Shown here one piece after another: positions 48,026 through 57,458 of a DNA stretch of 64,000 bases. The stretch is from contig CBDHDF010000007.1 of NCBI GenBank assembly GCA_965261545.1, forward strand, positions 320,001 through 384,000, in the 5' to 3' direction. The notes beneath the pieces are model-generated. The model had not been told where the DNA came from, made no database searches, and saw nothing but the letters and a program-made list of their open reading frames with translations. A program made the translations under genes and the position numbers. Numbering within the stretch: position 1 is the stretch's first letter; every line of letters starts with the position of its first letter. Origin of the DNA: Bdellovibrionales bacterium. GTDB taxonomy: Bacteria; Bdellovibrionota; Bdellovibrionia; Bdellovibrionales; UBA1609.

Positions 48026-50579
48026 CAATGGCATTCGTTTTTGCAGAAGATTTTTCCACATTTTTCTGACTCCCTCTAACATACTGAGTTAAGGGGGCTT
48101 TTATCTTTTTTCTTTTTCCGAAAAAAAATACTTGAGTCCACCCCATCGTTGTGTCACATTATATTTGAACCATTCCCAAAGGGGAGAGACTCAAATGGAC
48201 CCACGCATAGAGACATTGCCTTCAACAACTTTTTTTGGAAGACGCTTGACGCGCAAGCAAATTGCCGACATTCAAAAGACGGTGGCGCTATTTCCTTCTT
48301 TAAGTCGCCGTGAACTGGGTTATACAGTTTGTGAGCATCTTGGTTGGCTAACTCCCAAAGGTGATCATCGCATCCAATCGTGCCTTCGTATGCTTGAGAC
48401 GCTAGAGGAACTTGACATTCTATCCCTGCCAGAAAAAGACATGTCAAAGCGGAGTGTCCCCTCCAAAAAAATCACTTGGACACACCGAACAGATGAAAAG
48501 CCTCTCATCAACGATAAACTAGACTCATTGACCCCACTTTCTTTGCAAATCGTAACTGATCAAGAGGCCATTAAGGAATGGAATGAAGTTGTCGATCGGC
48601 ATCATTATCTCAATTACAGACGTCCCTTTGGTCCCCACTTACGCTATTTCATCTTAGATAATTGTGGGCGAAGATTGGGTTGTCTTTTATTTGAAGCTGG
48701 CACATCCACGTTGCCTTGCCGTGATGAATGGATCGGTTGGCAAAATCGAGCTTACAAAAAGCACTTGAATTTAGTGGTGAACAATAGTCGATTTTTGATC
48801 TTTCCCTGGGTAAAGGTTCGCCATCTTGCTTCGATGGCTTTATCTATGGCAACTCGCCAACTTCCCACAGACTGGGAGTTAAAACATGCTTTCAAACCTG
48901 TACTCATGGAGACTTTTGTCGACCTTACCAAATTTAATGCCACGAGCTATCGTGCTGCCAACTGGCTTTATTTGGGCAAAACAAATGGGAGTCGTGCCTA
49001 CAAAAATGTAAAGGGAAAAACTCAAAAAGGTGTTTATGTTCAACCTCTGACAAAGAATTATCAGTCTATCTTATTGAATGGCCCCCAATGCGCTATCAAG
49101 AAACCCGTCGGGAAACCCACCATCAAGCCACATAAGAACTTGGCTGAGCCTATGCTAGAGGACTCTTTTGTGCATCTTTGGCAAAACATCATCAAGACAG
49201 TGGTTATCATTGCAGATGAGTACGACCGAACCTGGCAAAAGCGTCAACGTGTCTTGAATACATTGTTGATTATACTTTTCATCTTCCGACTTGTTTTCTC
49301 TAAAGGAAAACAAGGTTATGATACAACTTTGATTGAACTTTGGGAGCAGTGTCGCATATTAGACATTGAACTCCCTCAACCTAAACCAGTTCGGGCATCC
49401 ACTATGTGTAGTGCACGGGCTAAAGTAGATGAAAATATATTTAAAGTTTTGCATGATGAAATTCTTAAACAAGACGGTATATCCAATTCTAGTACCTTAT
49501 GGAAGGGCCATAAGGTTTTCGCAGTGGATGGATCGAAAATAAATTTACCACGTCAACTCGTAGATAATGGGTATCAGCAACCATGGGAAAAAGCATGGTA
49601 CCCTCAAGGTCTTGTCAGTTGCCTGTACCAACTACAGTCGAAGATTCCTGTGGATTTTGATCTCTTTGCCCATAACAATGAGAGAAAGGCTGCACAAACT
49701 CATTTCAAAAAATTGTTTGAAAACGATGTTGTGGTTTATGATCGTGGCTATTATTCCTACGAAATGCTTCATGAGCATAAGGTGCGAAGTCTGCATGCGG
49801 TGTTTAGGATAAGGAGAAATGCCAACACTGTTTTTGATGAATTTATTAATAATGATCAAAAAGACTCAGTGATCCAAGTCATTTCTAGCAAGCAAATTCT
49901 GAAAGAACTACATAAAAAAAAGCCACAAGACGACTTCAAAGCCTACGCTTTGCGTTTGGTCAAATATAAAATTGGACAAACTACTTTTGTTCTAGGAACA
50001 ACCTTAATGGATCAAAAAAAATATTCCATTGATGATCTGGCCAATCTCTATCATGGACGCTGGAGTATAGAGGAACTGTACAAAATATCCAAAGAACTGA
50101 TGACCATTGAAGAGTTTCATTCTCAAAGTGAAAGGGGAGTCAAACAAGAATTGTTTGCACACTTCACACTTATCACTCTGACAAGATTATTTTCCAACTA
50201 CACGGAAGACCGTCTTAATACATCTCAATCCCATAGTAAAAAACAAACCATGCAGACAAACTTTAAAAACAATTTACTGACAATTGCAAGAAATATTGAA
50301 GGTCTTTTTCTTCAACAAAAGGTAGTGCTTAGTAAAACCCTCAATTGCATCATTACAAATATGAAGACCTGCCGACAAAGGCTACGTCCGAATAGGCATT
50401 ACGACCGAGTTTCTAGAAAACCCATCGGAGTATGGAGACCCAGTAAAGAGGTTAGGGGGGCTATGGCCAACGGATAATCACATGGATCAAAGAAAAAAAC
50501 TTGGGGTTAGCCCACCCCCGAGGAGTTAGAGGTTCAAATCCTTAACCGAATGGGATCTCTCACTAAACGAATGCCATTG
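48026..50579 (+). mobile_element. IS4-family element C, copy 1 (2554 bp)
   Basis: TIR CAATGGCATTCGTTT; 10-bp TSD CCTTAAGTAG (48016-48025, 50580-50589). Confidence 0.93.
48195..50477 (+). CDS. DUF4338 (DruA-like) domain fused to an IS4 DDE transposase
   Basis: N-half: SRRELG..CEHLGW, HHYL, RDEWIGW, NNSRFLIFPWV..LAS, ETFVD, YRAANW.YLGKT.G; C-half: AVDGS, YDRGY, YHGRWSIEELYK; ATG 48195 follows RBS AGGGGAG. Confidence 0.88.
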   Translation: MDPRIETLPSTTFFGRRLTRKQIADIQKTVALFPSLSRRELGYTVCEHLGWLTPKGDHRIQSCLRMLETLEELDILSLPEKDMSKRSVPSKKITWTHRTDEKPLINDKLDSLTPLSLQIVTDQEAIKEWNEVVDRHHYLNYRRPFGPHLRYFILDNCGRRLGCLLFEAGTSTLPCRDEWIGWQNRAYKKHLNLVVNNSRFLIFPWVKVRHLASMALSMATRQLPTDWELKHAFKPVLMETFVDLTKFNATSYRAANWLYLGKTNGSRAYKNVKGKTQKGVYVQPLTKNYQSILLNGPQCAIKKPVGKPTIKPHKNLAEPMLEDSFVHLWQNIIKTVVIIADEYDRTWQKRQRVLNTLLIILFIFRLVFSKGKQGYDTTLIELWEQCRILDIELPQPKPVRASTMCSARAKVDENIFKVLHDEILKQDGISNSSTLWKGHKVFAVDGSKINLPRQLVDNGYQQPWEKAWYPQGLVSCLYQLQSKIPVDFDLFAHNNERKAAQTHFKKLFENDVVVYDRGYYSYEMLHEHKVRSLHAVFRIRRNANTVFDEFINNDQKDSVIQVISSKQILKELHKKKPQDDFKAYALRLVKYKIGQTTFVLGTTLMDQKKYSIDDLANLYHGRWSIEELYKISKELMTIEEFHSQSERGVKQELFAHFTLITLTRLFSNYTEDRLNTSQSHSKKQTMQTNFKNNLLTIARNIEGLFLQQKVVLSKTLNCIITNMKTCRQRLRPNRHYDRVSRKPIGVWRPSKEVRGAMANG

Positions 50580-50979
50580 CCTTAAGTAGGTAGTTCCTGT
50601 CCAGGGAAGAAAGTTAAGTAGTTTTAAGTATTTACATGCCTTCCCTTTAGATTTTATGCTTTAAAATGGAGTCCATCAAACATAATCCGTGTAAATTCAG
50701 TTACTTACATAAAACGGAAAAATAAAATAAGTTCCCCCCCCCTCTCTTGACGAACCTTTCACAGCCCCTCCCTTTCAGTGACTTATGTGGCTATCAACTG
50801 GTTACTTGATATGAGAGGAAGAGTTGGATCAACCTGTGTTTCCACCGTGGTGATTTCAAACCTCCTTCAGGGAAATAACATTACGTTGCGCATCAACTTC
50901 AAAAAATACTTGACGTGTTTTTTCAGAGAAATAATTTTTGATATTTTATTCTTCATTTATTTTTTATGTAGGTTTTAGG

Positions 50980-51224
50980 GGGTGTGCTAATAATATACTG
51001 TAGAAATTACCGTCCTTTAGTCTAACTTAATACTATCAGTTTAAGAAGAATCTACCCACAAGATTGACTCTGCAAGTGCTTTGTATTGAACTTTTAAGGG
51101 ATTGATGAAAATTTTAAGGCCTTAAACCGACAGTGTCGAGCTCAACCTATGACTAAATGCTGATTGAAGAGGGCACAAATTGACGCTGTGGGTATATAAT
51201 CTACAGTATATCGTTAGCACACCC
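50980..51224. mobile_element. 245-bp MITE-like non-autonomous element
   Basis: 25-bp TIR GGGTGTGCTAA(TA/CG)ATATACTGTAGA; 8-bp TSD GTTTTAGG; absent from copy 2 of element D (empty site about 63403-63410). Confidence 0.9.
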
Positions 51225-51392
51225 GTTTTAGGAGGCGTGGGAACCTCTCTATGAGGTAGAATTCTTATCCATGTTCTCCGAGAACCTCTCTGATTTTTTT
51301 CTTCTTAAAAGACATCCTTGCTCACTTTTTTCCCTCAAAAAAACGTATGTTAATATAAAAATTAAAGAGAAACTTTCACCAAAGGGGGGACT

Positions 51393-52757
51393 ATGCGCCA
51401 TTTGAAGAAGACACAGTTGGGACTCTTTTCCCAATATCCTAACCACCAACTCAGTACAGAATTGCAGCAAATTAATAACATCATTGATCGCCATCCAGAG
51501 TTTGCCCATATGGTTCATGAAGACCTTGTTAAAGAAAAGAAAGATTCTGGTGATATTGGTATGACATCGGAGCAAGTTCTCAAGGTGGCTATTCTTAAAT
51601 CCATAAGAGGTCTTTCCTATCGTGCGTTAGCCTTTAATCTTGTCGATTCAGTATCCACCAGAGCTTTTCTGGGCCTTGAATTGGAAGAAAATTACGCTCA
51701 CTCCACCTTACAGGACTTGATTGTTCAAATAAGTGAAGAAACTTGGGGAATTATTAGCGCCTCTTTAGTTTCAGATGCAAGAGATCAAAAGATTGAGCCG
51801 TGTAAGAAAATGAGATTGGACAGTACAGTGACGAAATCAAATATTCATCATCCAACGGATGCATCGCTTTTATATGACTGCATAAGAGTTACAGAAAGAG
51901 AATTTAAAAAAGTTCGTAAAAATGTCATGAAAGATTTTTGGCGACTTATTTCAAGAGAAGATCTTAAGAGAGCAAAAACCTTGCTTTACAAAATTAATAA
52001 TTCCAAAAATGATGCGGAAAGACTACCTTGCTATAAGGAGCTTTTAAAAATCGCTACCAAATTGAACAAAGGATTACCTGATACCATCAGAAAGATAAAA
52101 AAAGAACAAAAATGTGTGAAGATGAATGCTTTGAAAAAGAGTCTAAAACAGTTAGAAAATGTTGCCTTCTACCTGGAAAAAATCATCTTTCAAACTCAAA
52201 AAAGAGTTATTGAGGGGAAAAAAGTATCTTCTGAAAAAAAGGTCCTATCCATCTTTGAACCGCATACAGACATTATTGTAAAGGGGCAAAGAGAAGTCGA
52301 GTTTGGGCATAAAATCTTTCTGACCTCAGGGCAAAGCAACATGATTTTAGATTGTCAGATCCCTGATGGCAACCCCGCAGACTCTGATATGTTTTTAAAA
52401 GTTATGAATTCAGTGACACAAACCTATGGGGCTTGCCCTGTAAAAGTAAGTGCAGATGGTGGGTTTGCTTCAAAAGAAAATCTTGAAGAGGCCAAAGAGA
52501 TGGGGGCTAAAGATGTTTGCTTCCCAGAAAAAAAAGGAATGAAAATATTAAAGATGGTTAAAAGTGCTTGGGTCTTTAAAAATCTTCTCAATTGGAGAGC
52601 CGGAATAGAGGCTGTTATTTCATTCCTTAAGAGATGTTTTGGTATGAGAGTTGCTTACTGGAAAGGGCATGATGGTTTTAAGAGGTATGTAAAGAATGCC
52701 GTTTGTGCCTATAATTTTGTTGTCTTGGCAAGACATGAATTATCAACTGTCACCTAA
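51393..52757 (+). CDS. ISNCY-family DDE transposase (element D)
   Basis: GMTSEQVL, DSTVTKSNIHHPTD, SIFEPHTDIIVKG.REVEFGHK, ADGGFAS, RAGIEAVISFLKRCFG. Confidence 0.9.
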   Translation: MRHLKKTQLGLFSQYPNHQLSTELQQINNIIDRHPEFAHMVHEDLVKEKKDSGDIGMTSEQVLKVAILKSIRGLSYRALAFNLVDSVSTRAFLGLELEENYAHSTLQDLIVQISEETWGIISASLVSDARDQKIEPCKKMRLDSTVTKSNIHHPTDASLLYDCIRVTEREFKKVRKNVMKDFWRLISREDLKRAKTLLYKINNSKNDAERLPCYKELLKIATKLNKGLPDTIRKIKKEQKCVKMNALKKSLKQLENVAFYLEKIIFQTQKRVIEGKKVSSEKKVLSIFEPHTDIIVKGQREVEFGHKIFLTSGQSNMILDCQIPDGNPADSDMFLKVMNSVTQTYGACPVKVSADGGFASKENLEEAKEMGAKDVCFPEKKGMKILKMVKSAWVFKNLLNWRAGIEAVISFLKRCFGMRVAYWKGHDGFKRYVKNAVCAYNFVVLARHELSTVT

Positions 52758-53316
52758 ATTTATCCATTAGGAATAACAGCAATGGACCAGGTCGAAGGTG
52801 CTAAAATCTTCCAAAGGTAGGGGTGCGTCTTCAAATCGAAAAAACTAGGGCGCAAGTCGCTTAAAGACCTTTTTCCCCTTAATCTGTAGAGTTTGTGTGG
52901 CAAATCTCCAACTCTCACTCCCCCATTGAGGCATTGGGAGGCTCAATGGGGAGTGTCAGAGAACAAAAAATGGGCCTTTCTGGACAGAAACTAGGTAGGG
53001 ATAAACCTTATGCTGATGGTTTCGCTGACTGGTGTTTGGACCTGGGAAGATAGCGAAAAGACACATCTTTTCCATGAGCCGCTGAATCCTCTTGCGGTTG
53101 ACCCCATGGCCATTAAGTCTTAAGTGAGCTGCCATTTTACGGCTCCCATAAAAAGGGGTCTCCAAGTACTGTTTGTCAATTAAACTCATCAGTTTTAAGT
53201 TGTAGGCACTCTCAGGTATGGGCTTGTAGTACAAGGCTCCCTTAGAGAGTCCTAGCAACTCACATTGGCGAGTGACACAAATATTTGGATGTTTCCAATT
53301 GATAGCGGCTTTTTTC

Positions 53317-53607
53317 TCAGGCATTGAAGCTCTCAGATTTTTTTTTTAACCAATCATTTTCAACCTTTAACTGCCCTATTTGCCGATACAATTCATCAAT
53401 GGTTTTTCTTTGTTCTTCTACCTCGTTGTTGTCCTTTTTTTTGCTCGCTAAGGCCTTAGGAATGGCTTCAATAGCTTGCTTCTTCCAATCTTGGATTTGG
53501 ATGCGGTGAACTCCATGCTTGGAGGCCAACTCTGCCATTGTGTCAGTCTCACGAATGGCGTCAAGTGCGACTCTGGCCTTAAATTGTGCGCTGTGTTTCT
53601 TTCTCAT
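53317..53607 (-). CDS. IS3 OrfA (HTH) with A10 slippery site
   Basis: [43 protein letters not shown]10 at 53338-53347 on the + strand. Confidence 0.9.
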   Translation of the reverse strand: MRKKHSAQFKARVALDAIRETDTMAELASKHGVHRIQIQDWKKQAIEAIPKALASKKKDNNEVEEQRKTIDELYRQIGQLKVENDWLKKKSESFNA

Positions 53608-53623
53608 TATCCCCTCCTATGAG

Positions 53624-56177
53624 CAATGGCATTCGTTTAGTGAGAGATCCCATTCGGTTAAGGATTTGAACCTCTAACTCCTCGGGGGTGGGCTAACCCC
53701 AAGTTTTTTTCTTTGATCCATGTGATTATCCGTTGGCCATAGCCCCCCTAACCTCTTTACTGGGTCTCCATACTCCGATGGGTTTTCTAGAAACTCGGTC
53801 GTAATGCCTATTCGGACGTAGCCTTTGTCGGCAGGTCTTCATATTTGTAATGATGCAATTGAGGGTTTTACTAAGCACTACCTTTTGTTGAAGAAAAAGA
53901 CCTTCAATATTTCTTGCAATTGTCAGTAAATTGTTTTTAAAGTTTGTCTGCATGGTTTGTTTTTTACTATGGGATTGAGATGTATTAAGACGGTCTTCCG
54001 TGTAGTTGGAAAATAATCTTGTCAGAGTGATAAGTGTGAAGTGTGCAAACAATTCTTGTTTGACTCCCCTTTCACTTTGAGAATGAAACTCTTCAATGGT
54101 CATCAGTTCTTTGGATATTTTGTACAGTTCCTCTATACTCCAGCGTCCATGATAGAGATTGGCCAGATCATCAATGGAATATTTTTTTTGATCCATTAAG
54201 GTTGTTCCTAGAACAAAAGTAGTTTGTCCAATTTTATATTTGACCAAACGCAAAGCGTAGGCTTTGAAGTCGTCTTGTGGCTTTTTTTTATGTAGTTCTT
54301 TCAGAATTTGCTTGCTAGGAATGACTTGGATCACTGAGTCTTTTTGATCATTATTAATAAATTCATCAAAAACAGTGTTGGCATTTCTCCTTATCCTAAA
54401 CACCGCATGCAGACTTCGCACCTTATGCTCATGAAGCATTTCGTAGGAATAATAGCCACGATCATAAACCACAACATCGTTTTCAAACAATTTTTTGAAA
54501 TGAGTTTGTGCAGCCTTTCTCTCATTGTTATGGGCAAAGAGATCAAAATCCACAGGAATCTTCGACTGTAGTTGGTACAGGCAACTGACAAGACCTTGAG
54601 GGTACCATGCTTTTTCCCATGGTTGCTGATACCCATTATCTACGAGTTGACGTGGTAAATTTATTTTCGATCCATCCACTGCGAAAACCTTATGGCCCTT
54701 CCATAAGGTACTAGAATTGGATATACCGTCTTGTTTAAGAATTTCATCATGCAAAACTTTAAATATATTTTCATCTACTTTAGCCCGTGCACTACACATA
54801 GTGGATGCCCGAACTGGTTTAGGTTGAGGGAGTTCAATGTCTAATATGCGACACTGCTCCCAAAGTTCAATCAAAGTTGTATCATAACCTTGTTTTCCTT
54901 TAGAGAAAACAAGTCGGAAGATGAAAAGTATAATCAACAATGTATTCAAGACACGTTGACGCTTTTGCCAGGTTCGGTCGTACTCATCTGCAATGATAAC
55001 CACTGTCTTGATGATGTTTTGCCAAAGATGCACAAAAGAGTCCTCTAGCATAGGCTCAGCCAAGTTCTTATGTGGCTTGATGGTGGGTTTCCCGACGGGT
55101 TTCTTGATAGCGCATTGGGGGCCATTCAATAAGATAGACTGATAATTCTTTGTCAGAGGTTGAACATAAACACCTTTTTGAGTTTTTCCCTTTACATTTT
55201 TGTAGGCACGACTCCCATTTGTTTTGCCCAAATAAAGCCAGTTGGCAGCACGATAGCTCGTGGCATTAAATTTGGTAAGGTCGACAAAAGTCTCCATGAG
55301 TACAGGTTTGAAAGCATGTTTTAACTCCCAGTCTGTGGGAAGTTGGCGAGTTGCCATAGATAAAGCCATCGAAGCAAGATGGCGAACCTTTACCCAGGGA
55401 AAGATCAAAAATCGACTATTGTTCACCACTAAATTCAAGTGCTTTTTGTAAGCTCGATTTTGCCAACCGATCCATTCATCACGGCAAGGCAAAGTGGATG
55501 TGCCAGCTTCAAATAAAAGACAACCCAATCTTCGCCCACAATTATCTAAGATGAAATAGCGTAAGTGGGGACCAAAGGGACGTCTGTAATTGAGATAATG
55601 ATGCCGATCGACAACTTCATTCCATTCCTTAATGGCCTCTTGATCAGTTACGATTTGCAAAGAAAGTGGGGTCAATGAGTCTAGTTTATCGTTGATGAGA
55701 GGCTTTTCATCTGTTCGGTGTGTCCAAGTGATTTTTTTGGAGGGGACACTCCGCTTTGACATGTCTTTTTCTGGCAGGGATAGAATGTCAAGTTCCTCTA
55801 GCGTCTCAAGCATACGAAGGCACGATTGGATGCGATGATCACCTTTGGGAGTTAGCCAACCAAGATGTTCACAAACTGTATAACCCAGTTCACGGCGACT
55901 TAAAGAAGGAAATAGCGCCACCGTCTTTTGAATGTCGGCAATTTGCTTGCGCGTCAAGCGTCTTCCAAAAAAAGTTGTTGAAGGCAATGTCTCTATGCGT
56001 GGGTCCATTTGAGTCTCTCCCCTTTGGGAATGGTTCAAATATAATGTGACACAACGATGGGGTGGACTCAAGTATTTTTTTTCGGAAAAAGAAAAAAGAT
56101 AAAAGCCCCCTTAACTCAGTATGTTAGAGGGAGTCAGAAAAATGTGGAAAAACCTTCTGCAAAAACGAATGCCATTG
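53624..56177 (-). mobile_element. IS4-family element C, copy 2 (2554 bp), inserted at the IS3 orfA RBS
   Basis: Same TIRs; 10-bp TSD CTCCTATGAG (53614-53623, 56178-56187). Confidence 0.93.
53726..56008 (-). CDS. DUF4338 (DruA-like)-IS4 transposase fusion, copy 2
   Basis: Matches copy 1 apart from VISSK vs VIPSK. Confidence 0.88.
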   Translation of the reverse strand: MDPRIETLPSTTFFGRRLTRKQIADIQKTVALFPSLSRRELGYTVCEHLGWLTPKGDHRIQSCLRMLETLEELDILSLPEKDMSKRSVPSKKITWTHRTDEKPLINDKLDSLTPLSLQIVTDQEAIKEWNEVVDRHHYLNYRRPFGPHLRYFILDNCGRRLGCLLFEAGTSTLPCRDEWIGWQNRAYKKHLNLVVNNSRFLIFPWVKVRHLASMALSMATRQLPTDWELKHAFKPVLMETFVDLTKFNATSYRAANWLYLGKTNGSRAYKNVKGKTQKGVYVQPLTKNYQSILLNGPQCAIKKPVGKPTIKPHKNLAEPMLEDSFVHLWQNIIKTVVIIADEYDRTWQKRQRVLNTLLIILFIFRLVFSKGKQGYDTTLIELWEQCRILDIELPQPKPVRASTMCSARAKVDENIFKVLHDEILKQDGISNSSTLWKGHKVFAVDGSKINLPRQLVDNGYQQPWEKAWYPQGLVSCLYQLQSKIPVDFDLFAHNNERKAAQTHFKKLFENDVVVYDRGYYSYEMLHEHKVRSLHAVFRIRRNANTVFDEFINNDQKDSVIQVIPSKQILKELHKKKPQDDFKAYALRLVKYKIGQTTFVLGTTLMDQKKYSIDDLANLYHGRWSIEELYKISKELMTIEEFHSQSERGVKQELFAHFTLITLTRLFSNYTEDRLNTSQSHSKKQTMQTNFKNNLLTIARNIEGLFLQQKVVLSKTLNCIITNMKTCRQRLRPNRHYDRVSRKPIGVWRPSKEVRGAMANG

Positions 56178-56246
56178 CTCCTATGAGGGGCTTTTTACCC
56201 GCTGCGGTGTAACTTAGCAACCAGTCTGTTTTTGGGGTCCACTATA

Positions 56247-57299
56247 CTTGGCTCCTCTTTTCGATGACTTTTTGCTGAAATGACTTTCTCAACTCCACGA
56301 ACCCTAATGTCACTTAAAGCTGCATCTACAAAAAATGAGCAAGCCTGCTCCAAAGAAGCTGTTGAATACCGTTTTCTTAGATTGAGTATCCCCTGAACAC
56401 GACGAAGATACATAAGCGGATGGCGAGGCTCTTTGATAAGCCGCTCGGCAACTTTGTGAATGCTTTCTCCAAGGCTTGATGCCTCTTTAAGTACATTTTG
56501 TGGCGTTTGCTCTAAAATGGCCCGGTGGGACTCAGGGAGATGAGATTTTGTCGTAAAGTAGCGTCCTCGACTTCCCTGGGGGATGTGATGTATCGCCACC
56601 CGCTCTAATTCTGAATAAACCTCCAAGCATTGTTGGCTAATACGAATATCTAACTTCTTGCCGCGATGCTTATAAGGAACAGAGTAAAAATTGTAGTTAT
56701 ATTGAATGTGACAATCCGGATGAACCTTGGAATGCTTCCAGAATCCACTCTCATAGCGTCTTTCAGGAAGAGGATTCAATTTTGACTTCTCAAAAGATTC
56801 AAACTTCTGTCGACGACTCAACCCATACTTTTTTTGAATACGATCATTGAAAATAGCTGCCAAATGCTTCAACTCAGCGTTGATGTCTGCTAGAGAATAC
56901 ATTTGCCGCTCTCTTATCTGGGGCCAAGACCAGCGCCAAAAGACTCCAAGGGTATTTTCGATAAGACTCTTGTCTTTGGGGCGAGATGGCCTCATCGCCA
57001 AAGGAGCCACATTGTAGTGATCACACAAGAGGTGAAACTCAGAGTTAATATCGGGGTCATAAGTATCAGCTCTTGTCACTTGAACCTTTGCGTTATCAAA
57101 AGCAATGGTTCCGGTCACACCACCAAAAAACTCAAAACCAGAAGCTATGGAGGAAAAAACATCTTCCCGCTGCTCTGTTAATGTGGCGCATGGAAAGAAA
57201 AACTGACTCGATGGAAGTATCATTCCAAATAATCGACATGGGATGAACTCCCCAGTCTTGGCATCTGTATAGCCAAAACAAGAGTCTTTTCCCTTATAG
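56247..57299 (-). pseudogene. istA: IS21-family IstA fragment, cut by IS3 (3' side) and by IS1634 element E (5' side)
   Basis: FEFFGGV..FDNAK, RPKDKSLIE, KVHPDCHI..NFYSVPY. Confidence 0.82.
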
Positions 57300-57458
57300 C
57301 CTGAATTCTACAAAAATGGTAACAAGGATTCTGGCCTAAGGTCCTGACATTGTGAAGCGACGGCTGGGATTAATATTTGTACTTACATTGAACGCCTTCA
57401 AAATATCTTTTTGCTTTTTTGACACTTCACCAAGTATGGGAGTGCCTGTGGCTAGCTC

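Larger units (their letters stand above)
50593..52991 (+). mobile_element. ISNCY (ISDol1-like) element D, copy 1
   Basis: TIR GTTCCTGTCCAG / CTGGACAGAAAC; 6-bp TSD TAGGTA (50587-50592, 52992-52997). Confidence 0.88.
44058..53324 (-). pseudogene. IS3 OrfB transposase, fragmented
   Basis: N-part RQCELLG..PFYGSRKM..HKVYPYL; middle PNQVWATDITFI; C-part DWFSR..NTDQGCQFTS..DNIMIERLWRSVKYE. Confidence 0.88.
43985..56246 (-). mobile_element. IS3-family element (1280 bp when reconstructed) expanded by six nested insertions
   Basis: TIRs TGAGGTGGACCCCAATGTCAGACT (43985) and AGTCTGTTTTTGGGGTCCACTATA (ends 56246); pieces 43985-44487, 47937-48025, 50590-50592, 52998-53623, 56188-56246. Confidence 0.88.

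Noticed and set aside
48195..50477. Complete Druantia defence system
   Set aside because: No DruE helicase or other dru genes; the domain lies inside an IS with TIRs and TSD
50778..51575. 66-aa and 108-aa ORFs repeated at 63209 and 63427
   Set aside because: Non-coding or antisense parts of element D, duplicated with it
48026..56177. Composite transposon formed by the two inverted element C copies
   Set aside because: Each copy has its own distinct TSD, showing independent insertions
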